32,000 nucleotides of DNA from Geotalea daltonii FRC-32 (GCF_000022265.1 NC_011979.1:3150001-3182000), one strand, 5' to 3'; shown: positions 10,233 to 20,215, counted from the first letter of the stretch. The notes: generated by a model from the sequence alone, not told the origin. Numbers and translations: made by a program.

Positions 10233-11520
10233 CGAATACCCTCGTAAAAATGGTATCTACGTGCTTCAGGTGATAATTGAGGTTGAAGGCTTCCTTGATC
10301 TGCTCCTCCGAAAGAGTATTGCGGACCTCGGCATCGTTCAACAACTCGGTCTGGAAATCCTTCCCTTCTTCCCAGACCTTCATGGCGTTTCTCTGCACCA
10401 GTGCATAGGCGTTCTCGCGGGAGACGCCATTATTGGCCAACTCCAGCAGTATCCGCTGGGAGAAGATCAGACCACGCATCAGGTTCAGGTTTTTCATCAT
10501 GTTCTCCGGATAAACAACCAGATTATCTATCAGGCCAATGCAGCGGTTCAACATGAAATCCATGAGAATGGTGGCATCGGGGCCGATGATACGTTCAACC
10601 GAAGAATGGGAGATATCCCGCTCGTGCCACAAGGCAACATTTTCCATGGCGGAAACGGCATAACCGCGGATGAGCCTGGCCAGGCCGGTAAGATTTTCCG
10701 AAAGCACCGGATTCCGTTTGTGGGGCATGGCTGAAGAGCCTTTTTGACCCTTGCTGAAGAATTCCTCGGCTTCAAGAACTTCGGTACGCTGCAGGTGTCT
10801 TATTTCAACGGCAAATTTTTCGATTGAAGAGGCAATGATGGCCAAGGCAGAGAAGAATTCCGCATGGCGGTCACGCTGTATCACCTGCGTGGAGCACGGA
10901 GCTGGCTTCAGACCTGCCTTGGCGCAGACATATTCCTCCACCTTCGGATCTATGTTGGCGAAAGTTCCTACGGCACCGGAGATCTTGCCGTAGGCGACCG
11001 TTTCACGCGCTGCTTCCATGCGCCTCAGGTTTCGGCGCATCTCGTCATACCAGAGAGCCATTTTCAGGCCGAACGTCACCGGCTCGGCATGAATACCGTG
11101 GGATCTCCCCATCATGGGGGTATCCTTATGCTCCAGGGCTCTTTTCTTTATCACTTCCATCAGCTTTTTGATGTCCGCAATGATCAGATCGCTGCTCTCC
11201 TTGAGCAGCATTGCCAGGGATGTGTCAAGAACATCCGAAGAAGTCAGCCCAAGGTGAACGAAACGTGAATCGTCCCCGATATAATCGGCTACTGAAGTAA
11301 GAAAGGCGATTACATCGTGCTTCACCGTTTTTTCAATTTCGTCTATGCGGGGAACGTCAAATTTTGCATTGGCCTTGATCCGGTCTACCGCTTCCTGGGG
11401 AATATTTCCAAGCTGGGCATGGGCCTCGCAGGCGTATATCTCAATCTCCAACCACTTCTGGTAACGGTTCTCGGGTTCCCAGATCCTGGTCATTTCCGGG
11501 CGGCTGTAACGTTCGATCAC
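10225..11520 (-). CDS. purB: adenylosuccinate lyase
   Basis: 431 aa. Fumarate-lyase signature GSSAMPHKRNP. N-terminus MIERYSRPEM..IW is typical of PurB. Confidence 0.93.
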   Translation of the reverse strand: MIERYSRPEMTRIWEPENRYQKWLEIEIYACEAHAQLGNIPQEAVDRIKANAKFDVPRIDEIEKTVKHDVIAFLTSVADYIGDDSRFVHLGLTSSDVLDTSLAMLLKESSDLIIADIKKLMEVIKKRALEHKDTPMMGRSHGIHAEPVTFGLKMALWYDEMRRNLRRMEAARETVAYGKISGAVGTFANIDPKVEEYVCAKAGLKPAPCSTQVIQRDRHAEFFSALAIIASSIEKFAVEIRHLQRTEVLEAEEFFSKGQKGSSAMPHKRNPVLSENLTGLARLIRGYAVSAMENVALWHERDISHSSVERIIGPDATILMDFMLNRCIGLIDNLVVYPENMMKNLNLMRGLIFSQRILLELANNGVSRENAYALVQRNAMKVWEEGKDFQTELLNDAEVRNTLSEEQIKEAFNLNYHLKHVDTIFTRVFGG

Positions 11521-11585
11521 TTTATGATTCTCCTGTGAAATTAATAATCAGACGACAAGGTCTGTAATCAGTAAGCGTGGCTGAA

Positions 11586-12362
11586 TCAGCCATTGATACA
11601 AAAGATTTCACTCACCTGGTCCTGAGTGCCGACTATCAGCTTGGGTGAGCAGATATTAGTCGACGCAAGCATGATTGTGGCAGCGCTGTGAGCCAGACTT
11701 GGATCATTGTTGACTTCAGAAAGATGGGCGAGGAAAACACCTTCGAGACAAGGATGGAGTATTTCTTCAAGTAAGGCAGCAGAATCATTGTTGGAAAGAT
11801 GACCATGACGGGATCTGATACGCTGTTTCAGATGCCAGGGGTATGGCCCGTTCATCAACATGTCCTCATCATGGTTTGATTCAACTATGACAATGCGGCA
11901 TTTCTGCAGTTTATCAACAACGAGCCTTGTGGCAATGCCAAGATCGGTAGCTACCCCCATGGCCCCGTCACTGCTTTCGATAACGAAGCCTACCGGATCA
12001 CAGGCATCATGGGTAATGGGAAACGGGTCGATGGCAAGATCTCTGAAACAGAAAGAATAACCTGACTCAAATTCAATGACCTGCGTTTTGGCCAGATAGC
12101 GCGATGCTTCCTTATGGGTCGGATAGCTGAGAATGACAGGGATCTTTAACTTGCGTGCAAGGGCTCCCGCCCCTCTGATATGATCCTGATGCTCATGACT
12201 GATCATGATCGCATTAATTTCGCTGCCTTCAACTCCTATTGCATGAAGCCTGCGCAAGATCTCCACGGCGGAAAGGCCTGCATCAAGCAAAAGTTTCGTT
12301 TCACCGTTTTCGATGAAAAGAGAATTGCCCTTGCTGCCACTGGCAAGCAGGCAGGCTCGCAT
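11586..12362 (-). CDS. MBL-fold metallo-hydrolase (YycJ/PhnP-like)
   Basis: HxHxDH motif (SHEHQDH) plus downstream His/Asp ligands (ESNHD, HGHLSN). Likely start ATG 12362 (MRACLLASGSKGNS). The ORF-track start is 12395. Confidence 0.8.
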   Translation of the reverse strand: MRACLLASGSKGNSLFIENGETKLLLDAGLSAVEILRRLHAIGVEGSEINAIMISHEHQDHIRGAGALARKLKIPVILSYPTHKEASRYLAKTQVIEFESGYSFCFRDLAIDPFPITHDACDPVGFVIESSDGAMGVATDLGIATRLVVDKLQKCRIVIVESNHDEDMLMNGPYPWHLKQRIRSRHGHLSNNDSAALLEEILHPCLEGVFLAHLSEVNNDPSLAHSAATIMLASTNICSPKLIVGTQDQVSEIFCING

Positions 12363-12467
12363 ATAAAAACTCCTGAGCAGTTTTTTTAACGGCAAGGAAA
12401 TCGGCAGGAAAACTTTGTATATATACAGGAAAACAGGAATGGATTCAAGGCCAATTTTCTAATGTTA

Positions 12468-14306
12468 TCAGTGGAGCAGATTCATGTAATCAAGTGACGA
12501 ATCCCCCACCAGCGGATTCAACGGCAGGAGTATGTGAAAAATGGAACCGGAACCGCTATCTGAATTATACCCTGGAGATTCAACCCATATTTCTCCACCG
12601 TGCATATCGACGATTCCCTTGGCAATAGACAGTCCGAGCCCTGCTCCTTTGGCTTTGAATGCAACTTTGCCGGTGCTGTGCTCTTCGATGTTTCCCGCTT
12701 CATAAAATTTGTCGAATATACGGACCTGATCCTCACGGTCGATGCCGATGCCGGTGTCGGCAACAGCTATTTCTACATATAGGTGGTGTTCCTTGCCTAT
12801 ATTCACTATCGATTGACCCTGGACGCTGTCGGCAGACTGCTTGCTGCGCAGGAGGTATTTCGCGCTTGTGGTCACTGTAATTTCACCACCATCGGGAGTG
12901 AATTTGATTGCATTGCCGAGAACGTTGGAAAAAAGCTGTACGAGCCGAAACATGTCTCCCTTGATTGTAGGAATGCTTTCATCCAGCTGGAGGGTCAATT
13001 TCTGCTTACGCATGGAGAAGAAAAAGGCGAGTTCCTTTACTGCATCCCGTACCAGCTGATTTACATGGACATCATCTATTTTTAGCTGCAGCCTCTTTTC
13101 GTCAATCATGGAGACGTCAACCATATCCTTGATTATATTGTCCAGACGCATGGCAGCACTTGAGATATTTCCCACCATCTCAAGTACCGTGTGATCGACT
13201 TTATCGGCCATGTCCGTGGTAATCAGCTCGGCATACCCCATGATAACCGTCAGAGGAGTTTTGAGTTCGTGGGAGGCCAGACCGAGGAAAGAATCCTTCA
13301 TTTTGTTGAGCCTGACAAGGTCGGCGGCGCTCTTTTCCAGATTCATCATGATTTCCCGTTCTTTGGTTACATCCCGGAATATGGCCTGAACAAGACGGTC
13401 ATTGCCGCTTTCGATGCTGCTGGCATGCAGCCTGGAAACTACCAGTGCCCCACCTTTTTTAACAATCTGCATTTCCTCGGCAATATGCAGCCCCTTGGAA
13501 GCATCTTTGAATATCTTATGTATCTTCGGGATATTTTCTATGTTCAACAGGAGCAGCATCTTTGTCAACGGCAGGCCGACCAGTTCCCGTGCACTGTAAC
13601 CAAAAAACTCTTCAGCCATTTTGTTTACCATTTTCACGGACTCGTCTTCACCTACCACGACAATTGCATCACTGGCGTCCTCCATCAAAGATTTATAAAG
13701 CTCTTCCGATTTCTCCAGCTCATGGCTTAGGTGCTCCAGTTTAAGATACGAGGAATGGAGTTCACTGTGGGTTCTTTCAAGCTCTTGATAGTTTTTCCTG
13801 ATCTCCTCATCACGGTTTTTAAGATATGCGGACATTACATTGATATTTTTAGCCAGTTCATTGAATTCATAAACAGGCACTTCCTGGATCCGCACATCGA
13901 ATCCCCCCTCAGAGATTTGTTTGACGCCCTTAAGCAGAACAGAAACAGGCTGAATGATGCTTTTTTTCATGAAAATCACTACCAGGGAAAAGGAAAATAG
14001 CAGAAAAACCAGCAGCAGAAAGACCGAGCGAAGAATCATACCTTTGACCTTGGCAGATATGATCGATTCCTCAAAACCTATATGGACCTGTGCTGTGGGC
14101 TTTCCATCGGCAGTTTTGACAATTGTTACCGTATCATAAAAAGCGGGATCTTTGCCGACGAGGTTTATCTGAACGGTTGGATTGGATGTGTAGGAACGAC
14201 TCGCTCCCCTGATGGCTAGATTTTGGAATTTGGGGTCACTCAGATATAAAATATTGCCATCCAAGTCGGTTATTATACAATAAGCTATATCTGGATTACC
14301 ATCCAC
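12468..14306 (-). CDS. sensor histidine kinase (TM2-HAMP-PAS-HisKA-HATPase), lacking its own TM1/N-terminus
   Basis: H-box SHELKTPLT, N-box LGNAIKFT, G1 DTGIGI and G2 GAGLGLSIAKG. Also a PAS-like segment (LMEDASDAIVVVGED...) and a TM helix plus HAMP around residues 90-160. The listed start is GTG, and the frame stays open upstream to 14360. Confidence 0.85.
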   Translation of the reverse strand: MDGNPDIAYCIITDLDGNILYLSDPKFQNLAIRGASRSYTSNPTVQINLVGKDPAFYDTVTIVKTADGKPTAQVHIGFEESIISAKVKGMILRSVFLLLVFLLFSFSLVVIFMKKSIIQPVSVLLKGVKQISEGGFDVRIQEVPVYEFNELAKNINVMSAYLKNRDEEIRKNYQELERTHSELHSSYLKLEHLSHELEKSEELYKSLMEDASDAIVVVGEDESVKMVNKMAEEFFGYSARELVGLPLTKMLLLLNIENIPKIHKIFKDASKGLHIAEEMQIVKKGGALVVSRLHASSIESGNDRLVQAIFRDVTKEREIMMNLEKSAADLVRLNKMKDSFLGLASHELKTPLTVIMGYAELITTDMADKVDHTVLEMVGNISSAAMRLDNIIKDMVDVSMIDEKRLQLKIDDVHVNQLVRDAVKELAFFFSMRKQKLTLQLDESIPTIKGDMFRLVQLFSNVLGNAIKFTPDGGEITVTTSAKYLLRSKQSADSVQGQSIVNIGKEHHLYVEIAVADTGIGIDREDQVRIFDKFYEAGNIEEHSTGKVAFKAKGAGLGLSIAKGIVDMHGGEIWVESPGYNSDSGSGSIFHILLPLNPLVGDSSLDYMNLLH

Positions 14307-14335
14307 AAGCTCTCGACATTTCTCGGAAATTCCTG

Positions 14336-14539
14336 CTATATCTCTAATGTCGAGCCCAGGTTAAGGACTTTCTCGATGCTTCCCTTCATAGATGCGCTAA
14401 GGCTCTGTGATCTGAGAAACAGTGCGTTTATATAATCCTTTCTGAATCCGATAATATCCAGACCTGCACTGACTAGAATAGTCAAAAACAGGATCAGAAA
14501 CGAGAAAAGGATAATTCGTTTTTCGAGAGTTCTTTTCAT
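14336..14539 (-). CDS. N-terminal fragment of the same sensor kinase (TM1 plus start of the extracytoplasmic domain), separated by a frame change
   Basis: MKRTLEKRIILFSFLILFLTILVSAGL... is a signal-anchor helix. The ORF stops at TAG 14336-14338. The -1 frame then continues PGLDIRDIAGISEKCRELVDGNPD into the kinase ORF. Confidence 0.6.
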   Translation of the reverse strand: MKRTLEKRIILFSFLILFLTILVSAGLDIIGFRKDYINALFLRSQSLSASMKGSIEKVLNLGSTLEI

Positions 14540-14688
14540 TTTGCTCTGGTTTAGGCTATTTTTAAGCAGAAGCATAATATTACCACAAATGCCTCTGAGA
14601 AAAAGATGAATTTTTTTCAGGGTCTGGCACCTTCCCCATTATTCCTTGTTGATAGTTTTTACATTTTTTGAATTTATTAAATAAAATC

Positions 14689-14717
14689 TTGACCATAGAG
14701 CCTTAATTTGTTAAATA
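14689..14717 (+). promoter_or_regulatory. candidate sigma-70 promoter for gap-pgk-tpiA-secG
   Basis: TTGACC (14689-14694), 17-nt spacer, TAAATA (14712-14717). An AT-rich UP-like tract lies upstream. AGGAGG SD at 14769-14774. Confidence 0.35.
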
Positions 14718-14770
14718 ATTTGAGTTATGAGTAAGTATTTATAAATTACTCTAATTAATCTCTCTACTAG

Positions 14771-15778
<1,008 letters not shown>

Positions 15779-15803
15779 AGTCATTCACTGCCACGCTTCA
15801 AGC

Positions 15804-15831
15804 AAAAGGGGGAATTTTCCCCTTTTGTTTT
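15804..15831 (+). terminator. hairpin plus T-tract between gap and pgk (partial terminator or attenuator)
   Basis: AAAAGGGG (15804-15811) pairs with CCCCTTTT (15819-15826), followed by GTTTT. Confidence 0.4.
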
Positions 15832-15868
15832 GCCCAGTGCCCAAGAACCATTTTCACATGAGGAGGGG

Positions 15869-17071
15869 ATGATGTCCATTCTGTATATTGACGAGATTAA
15901 AGATTTACGCGAAAAACTTGTATTCATACGAGTCGATTTTAACGTCCCGCAAGACGATAATGGGAATATAACAGAAGACACACGAATTGTCGGCGCTGTG
16001 CCGACGATTAAATACGCCATTGAGAATGGGGCAAAAGTTATCCTCGCCTCTCATCTCGGCAGACCAAAGGGTGAGAAAAAGCCGAAATATACAATGGCCC
16101 CTGCGGCACGGCGCCTGTCGGAACTGTTGGGGAAAGAGGTGAAACAAGCTACTGATTGCTTCGGCCCTGATGTCGATGCCATGGTTGCTGCCCTTCAGCC
16201 CGGCGATGTCCTCATGCTGGAGAATGTGCGATTTTACCCGGGCGAGGAAAAGAACGACCCCGACTTCGCCTGTAAGCTGGCAAATGGCTGCGAGATCTAT
16301 GTGAACGATGCATTTGCAGTGTCACATAGGGCCCATGCCTCGGTACATGCCATTACAAAATGCATTCCCGTTATTGCAGCAGGATTCCTGATGAAGAATG
16401 AGATGACTTTTTTCGAAAAAGCGATGACCCGCCCGGTCCGTCCGTTGGCGGCCATTCTCGGAGGAGCGAAGGTTTCAGGCAAGCTGGAGGTTCTCGAGAC
16501 GTTGGTCGGCAAGGTCGACATAATAATAATCGGCGGTGGAATGGCATTCACTTTTCTTAAAGCCCGGGGCCTTTCGGTAGGGAAATCTTTAGTAGAAGAC
16601 GATTTGATCGACACTGCGAAAAGGATCCTCGATAACGCTGCGAAAAGGGGCATTGAATTCTTACTCCCCGAAGATTGCGTAGTCGCCGACAGGTTTGCCG
16701 CCGATGCCGACTGCAAGACCGTTTCAGTTAATGACATCCCCTCTGAATGGATGGCCCTTGATGTCGGCCCCGCATCAACAGCGCGTTTCTCAGATGCCTT
16801 GAAAGAAGCTAATACCGTAATATGGAACGGTCCGATGGGAGTTTTCGAAATGGACCGTTTCGCTAAGGGAACATTTGCCATAGCCGATGTCGTTGCTGGT
16901 CTCAAGAATGCAACCACCATCATTGGCGGCGGAGACACCGACTCCGCAGTCCGCAAAGCCGGAGTAGCCGATAAAGTCAGCTATATCTCCACCGGCGGCG
17001 GTGCATTCCTTGAACTGCTTGAAGGAAAGAAGCTGCCCGGCGTCGAAGTCCTTGAGCAGAGCGGGAAATAA
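15869..17071 (+). CDS. pgk: phosphoglycerate kinase
   Basis: N-terminal RVDFNVP motif, then SHLGRP. AGGAGG at 15861-15866 sits just before the tandem ATGs at 15869 and 15872, so the ORF-track start 15830 is probably too far upstream. Confidence 0.93.
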   Translation: MMSILYIDEIKDLREKLVFIRVDFNVPQDDNGNITEDTRIVGAVPTIKYAIENGAKVILASHLGRPKGEKKPKYTMAPAARRLSELLGKEVKQATDCFGPDVDAMVAALQPGDVLMLENVRFYPGEEKNDPDFACKLANGCEIYVNDAFAVSHRAHASVHAITKCIPVIAAGFLMKNEMTFFEKAMTRPVRPLAAILGGAKVSGKLEVLETLVGKVDIIIIGGGMAFTFLKARGLSVGKSLVEDDLIDTAKRILDNAAKRGIEFLLPEDCVVADRFAADADCKTVSVNDIPSEWMALDVGPASTARFSDALKEANTVIWNGPMGVFEMDRFAKGTFAIADVVAGLKNATTIIGGGDTDSAVRKAGVADKVSYISTGGGAFLELLEGKKLPGVEVLEQSGK

Positions 17072-17105
17072 CACAATCTTGTACTAAAGCATTTATGGAG
17101 GACAT

Positions 17106-17861
17106 ATGAGAACGCCTGTGATTGCTGGAAATTGGAAGCTTTACAAAACTGCGGGCCAGGCACTCGAACTGGTTGGCGGCCTGCTCCCGCTTGTCGCCCA
17201 GACTAAAGGGGTTGAAATTGTTGTCGCTCCTGTATTTACCGTACTTGGTAAAGTTGCCGAGGCTCTCGCCGGGTCGAACATTCACCTTTCTGCCCAGGAT
17301 TGTTTTTGGGAGGAAGAAGGTGCCTTTACCGGCGAAATTTCGAGCACCATGTTGATTGATGCGGGCTGCAGCCATGTCATTATCGGCCATTCGGAGCGCA
17401 GACAATTCTTCGGTGAAACGGATGCTACGGTAAATAAAAAAATCAAAGCTGCCATCAAGGCAGGTTTGACCGTTTTATTCTGTATTGGTGAGACTCTCCA
17501 GGAACGTGAGGGGGATCAGACCTTCGATGTCCTGAGGCGTCAGGTTACCCAGGGGCTGAGGGACCTATCCCAGGAACAGCTGAAAAAGGTAATTATTGCC
17601 TACGAACCAGTCTGGGCCATCGGCACAGGGAAAACTGCCACTGACAGCCAGGCTCAGGAAGCTCACCAATTCATTCGTGGTGTTATCGCAGGTTTATATG
17701 ACAAGGATGCAGCAGAAGAAATGCGAATTCTTTACGGTGGAAGTGTAAAACCGGAAAACATCGGTGGCTTGATGGCCCAAGCCGATATCGATGGAGCCCT
17801 GGTTGGCGGAGCAAGTCTCAAGGCCGATTCATTCGCAGCCATTGCCAAGTTGGGTAAATAA
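17106..17861 (+). CDS. tpiA: triose-phosphate isomerase
   Basis: 251 aa. AGNWKL, IGHSERR and the active-site block AYEPVWAIGTG. Confidence 0.95.
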   Translation: MRTPVIAGNWKLYKTAGQALELVGGLLPLVAQTKGVEIVVAPVFTVLGKVAEALAGSNIHLSAQDCFWEEEGAFTGEISSTMLIDAGCSHVIIGHSERRQFFGETDATVNKKIKAAIKAGLTVLFCIGETLQEREGDQTFDVLRRQVTQGLRDLSQEQLKKVIIAYEPVWAIGTGKTATDSQAQEAHQFIRGVIAGLYDKDAAEEMRILYGGSVKPENIGGLMAQADIDGALVGGASLKADSFAAIAKLGK

Positions 17862-17926
17862 CCCTTGGCTTTTGTTGTGCAATTATGTTAAAAGAGTCTT
17901 TTATCATTTTGGAGGAAAAAGCGTAG

Positions 17927-18313
17927 ATGACCACTCTATTAGTTATTTTACACATCATTGTCTCTCTGGCTTTGATAGTAATCGTTCTCCTGCAGTCCGG
18001 AAAAGGCGCAGAAATGGGCGCATCCTTCGGTGCCGGAGGAAGTCAATCTGTCTTCGGTGCAGGGGGTGGTACTACCTTTCTCAGTAAGCTGACCACCAGC
18101 GCAGCCATCATTTTTATGCTGACTTCTCTTACCCTTGCTTTTCTCTCAGGCAAAGGCGGAAGCTCATCCATAATGTCCTCCAAACAAAAAGCCAAACCAG
18201 CACAACAGGTGCCGGCACAAGCACCTGCACAGAAGCAGCCATCGGGCCAGCCGTTGACGAGTCAACCTCCACAGACTCAACCGACGCCACAGGCCCCGGC
18301 AACACCGAAGTAA
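17927..18313 (+). CDS. secG: preprotein translocase subunit SecG with a P/Q-rich C-terminal tail
   Basis: LLQSGKGAEMGASFGAGGSQSVFG signature flanked by two TM helices. Conserved tpiA-secG-tRNA-Leu synteny. GGAGG SD upstream. Confidence 0.85.
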   Translation: MTTLLVILHIIVSLALIVIVLLQSGKGAEMGASFGAGGSQSVFGAGGGTTFLSKLTTSAAIIFMLTSLTLAFLSGKGGSSSIMSSKQKAKPAQQVPAQAPAQKQPSGQPLTSQPPQTQPTPQAPATPK

Positions 18314-18369
18314 TCGGTAATTTTTTATTGACTTGATGATCAGTTAATGATAAAAGAGTTTTCTTCATT

Positions 18370-18456
18370 GCCGAAGTGGTGGAATTGGTAGACACGCCAT
18401 CTTGAGGGGGTGGTGGGCGACAGCCCGTACGAGTTCGATTCTCGTCTTCGGCACCA
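18370..18456 (+). tRNA. tRNA-Leu (anticodon GAG), type II with long variable arm, CCA encoded
   Basis: Hand-folded. Acceptor GCCGAAG/CTTCGGC. Anticodon stem CCATC/GGTGG with loop TTGAGGG. T-arm GAGTTCGATTCTC. 3' end ACCA. Confidence 0.9.
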
Positions 18457-18465
18457 TCTAAATTC

Positions 18466-18512
18466 AAAAAGCTTTCTCATTTTTTTGCATAGCAAATGAG
18501 AAAGCTTTTTTT
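18466..18512 (+). terminator. rho-independent terminator after tRNA-Leu(GAG)
   Basis: 15-bp perfect stem AAAGCTTTCTCATTT / AAATGAGAAAGCTTT followed by a T-run. An A-run on the left side could allow bidirectional use. Confidence 0.7.
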
Positions 18513-18690
18513 ATTGCCTTTCCCTCTGAAATCATCATCACCAACCCCCTCATTTAAACCCGATTCTACAAACAAGGAGAGTCTTGTTGAAGTCAACCGA
18601 CCTTCAGTTTGCTTTGTACAGGAAACCAAAGCAGACAAATTTTAAATTTTCGATATAATTATATTCATTTTTAATTCTATGGAGGGAACG

Positions 18691-19245
18691 ATGGATAAAC
18701 TAAGTCTTTTGTTGGTTCTGGCCCTGGCCCTTCCCAGTTGCGCCCATGTCATAACCGAAGAAGCCAGGAAGCAGATTGATAAAAATATTGATTTCAATGA
18801 TGTAAAAAAGAGTGCGGATGCGTTCATCGGCAAGAAGATACTGGTTGGTGGGAAAATTGCTGGTGTCAGGAATTACAATGAAGGGGGGCGAATGGAGGTA
18901 GTACAGTTCACTCTGGACAAAACCGGATTCCCCATTGAAATCTCAAAATCTGCCGGTCGCTTCATTGCCACCAGTCCTGATTTTATTGATCCAATCATCT
19001 ACAAGACCGGCAGGCTCGTCACCTTGGCCGGAGAAGTCAAGGGCAAAAAAACCGGGACAGTTGACGGCGCAGAATATACGTTCCCAGTTATCGGCATAAA
19101 AGAAATTTTCGCATGGAAACAGAATGAAGACGAAAAGGGATTCACTTCCCCCTCCCCTTCTTTCTATAATAATTACAACCCCTATGACTTCAGCCACGAT
19201 GTCCCACTCTGGTACCGACCAACCGGGCCCGTCTTCCGCCAATGA
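18691..19245 (+). CDS. Slp-family outer-membrane (lipo)protein
   Basis: Signal peptide MDKLSLLLVLALALPSC. The body matches my recollection of E. coli Slp blocks (F.G..I..GG.I..V.N, GRFIA...F.DP.IY, VT.AGEV.G). GGAGG lies 5 nt before ATG 18691. The ORF-track start is 18679. Confidence 0.75.
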   Translation: MDKLSLLLVLALALPSCAHVITEEARKQIDKNIDFNDVKKSADAFIGKKILVGGKIAGVRNYNEGGRMEVVQFTLDKTGFPIEISKSAGRFIATSPDFIDPIIYKTGRLVTLAGEVKGKKTGTVDGAEYTFPVIGIKEIFAWKQNEDEKGFTSPSPSFYNNYNPYDFSHDVPLWYRPTGPVFRQ

Positions 19246-19313
19246 TTTTCAGATAAAAACGTATTTTTTTGCTTGCAGAGCGCCAAAAAGGATGATATAT
19301 AACTTGTCTCATT

Positions 19314-19400
19314 GCCGAAGTGGCGGAATTGGTAGACGCGCTAGATTCAGGTTCTAGTGGGGGTTCCCTCGTGCTGGTTCGATTCCAGTCTTCGGCACCA
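19314..19400 (+). tRNA. tRNA-Leu (anticodon CAG), type II, CCA encoded
   Basis: Hand-folded. Acceptor GCCGAAG/CTTCGGC. Anticodon stem CTAGA/TCTAG with loop TTCAGGT. T-arm GGTTCGATTCC. The 5' half is nearly identical to E. coli tRNA-Leu(CAG) as I remember it. Confidence 0.9.
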
Positions 19401-19410
19401 TGAAAAGATC

Positions 19411-19446
19411 AAGGGTTTGCGAATATTCGCAAACCCTTTTCTTTTT
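19411..19446 (+). terminator. rho-independent terminator after tRNA-Leu(CAG)
   Basis: AAGGGTTTGCGAA / TTCGCAAACCCTT stem followed by TTCTTTTT. Confidence 0.65.
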
Positions 19447-19546
19447 CAAATGTAACCATCTGTGATGGGAGCTACCGCAGATTGACAGAAATAACAGAAA
19501 GGATAGTTATTCGGTTTCTTGAATATGCTAAACAAGGGGTGAGTCT

Positions 19547-19723
19547 ATGCCGATTTTTGAATATCACTGCCAGTCGTGCGGCAACGATTTCGAAAAGATC
19601 CTGAAAACAAGTGGTGAAGATAGTGCCACATGTCCTGAATGCGGCAGCAAGAGAACCAGGAAAAAAATCTCTGCCTTCTCGGAAATTAAAAAAACATCCA
19701 AACCATGCTTCAGCGGGGGCTGA
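19547..19723 (+). CDS. FmdB-family zinc-ribbon protein (CxxC...CxxC), 58 aa
   Basis: My own translation: MPIFEYHCQSCGNDFEKILKTSGEDSATCPECGSKRTRKKISAFSEIKKTSKPCFSGG*. The MP.(F/Y)EY.C..CG..FE opening is the family signature. AAGGGGTGA SD is 4-6 nt upstream. Too short for the 60-aa ORF track. Confidence 0.8.
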   Translation: MPIFEYHCQSCGNDFEKILKTSGEDSATCPECGSKRTRKKISAFSEIKKTSKPCFSGG

Positions 19724-19793
19724 AAGATATAGTCATCGCCAGTTTGGCGTATCAAGCAACGAAAGCACCGAGATGAGGATGTTCCTTTAAAGA

Positions 19794-19835
19794 AAGAGGC
19801 CGGGTATTCCCGGCCTCTTGACGTTTGCTTTTTAT
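19794..19835. terminator. GC-rich hairpin between convergent genes (likely bidirectional terminator)
   Basis: AAGAGGCCGGG-TATT-CCCGGCCTCTT, an 11-bp stem with T-rich flanks on both strands. Sits between the FmdB gene (+) and the cupin gene (-). Confidence 0.5.
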
Positions 19836-19860
19836 CTTTGCTGATTTTCCAGGACCAGCC

Positions 19861-20178
19861 TTAGTCGCCTTGCCCGGTAATTGACGCAATTACCAAGTTG
19901 TCGCTGGAAGAATTCCTTATGCCGTGGTCTTCCAAAGCAGGCACTACGACAATTTGACCGACACCGATGGGCTGTGATTTTTTGCCGCAAAGAAGCTCCC
20001 CCTTACCTTCTATCACCGTCCAGATGTGGCTGCCATGGTGTGTATGGGTAATAACCTCCTGCCCCGGCTTCAGGCAGAGCAGGCTTACCTTGGCATGTTC
20101 ATCACTCCAGATGATTTCATGATGCCTCTTTTCATCGTTGAACTTTTTCAGCTTGGCTACTTCGAATACCTCTGCCAT
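19861..20178 (-). CDS. cupin domain-containing protein
   Basis: 105 aa. Cupin motif 1 PGQEVITHTHHGSHIWTVIEGKG and motif 2 G.IVVVPALEDHGIRN. Confidence 0.8.
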   Translation of the reverse strand: MAEVFEVAKLKKFNDEKRHHEIIWSDEHAKVSLLCLKPGQEVITHTHHGSHIWTVIEGKGELLCGKKSQPIGVGQIVVVPALEDHGIRNSSSDNLVIASITGQGD

Positions 20179-20215
20179 TTTTCCTCCTTTTCCAGGTTTT
20201 GATTCATAACGTTTT

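Noticed and set aside
14339-14360. Programmed -1 ribosomal frameshift in the histidine kinase
   Set aside because: There is no X-XXY-YYZ slippery heptamer and no obvious downstream pseudoknot or hairpin in the 22-nt window. An indel, either a mutation or an assembly error, is the simpler explanation.
14625-14640. Sigma-54-like TGGCAC upstream of gap
   Set aside because: The -12 element five bases downstream reads CCAT rather than TTGC, so only half of the bipartite motif is present.
18129-18467. 112-aa minus-strand ORF
   Set aside because: It overlaps both the secG tail and the tRNA-Leu(GAG) gene.
18370-19400. Genomic island integrated at tRNA-Leu
   Set aside because: Only one small gene lies between the tRNAs. 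I could see no integrase, recombinase or direct repeat of the tRNA 3' end.
19564-19755. 63-aa minus-strand ORF
   Set aside because: It is antisense to the FmdB zinc-ribbon gene, which has an SD, a family signature and a terminator.
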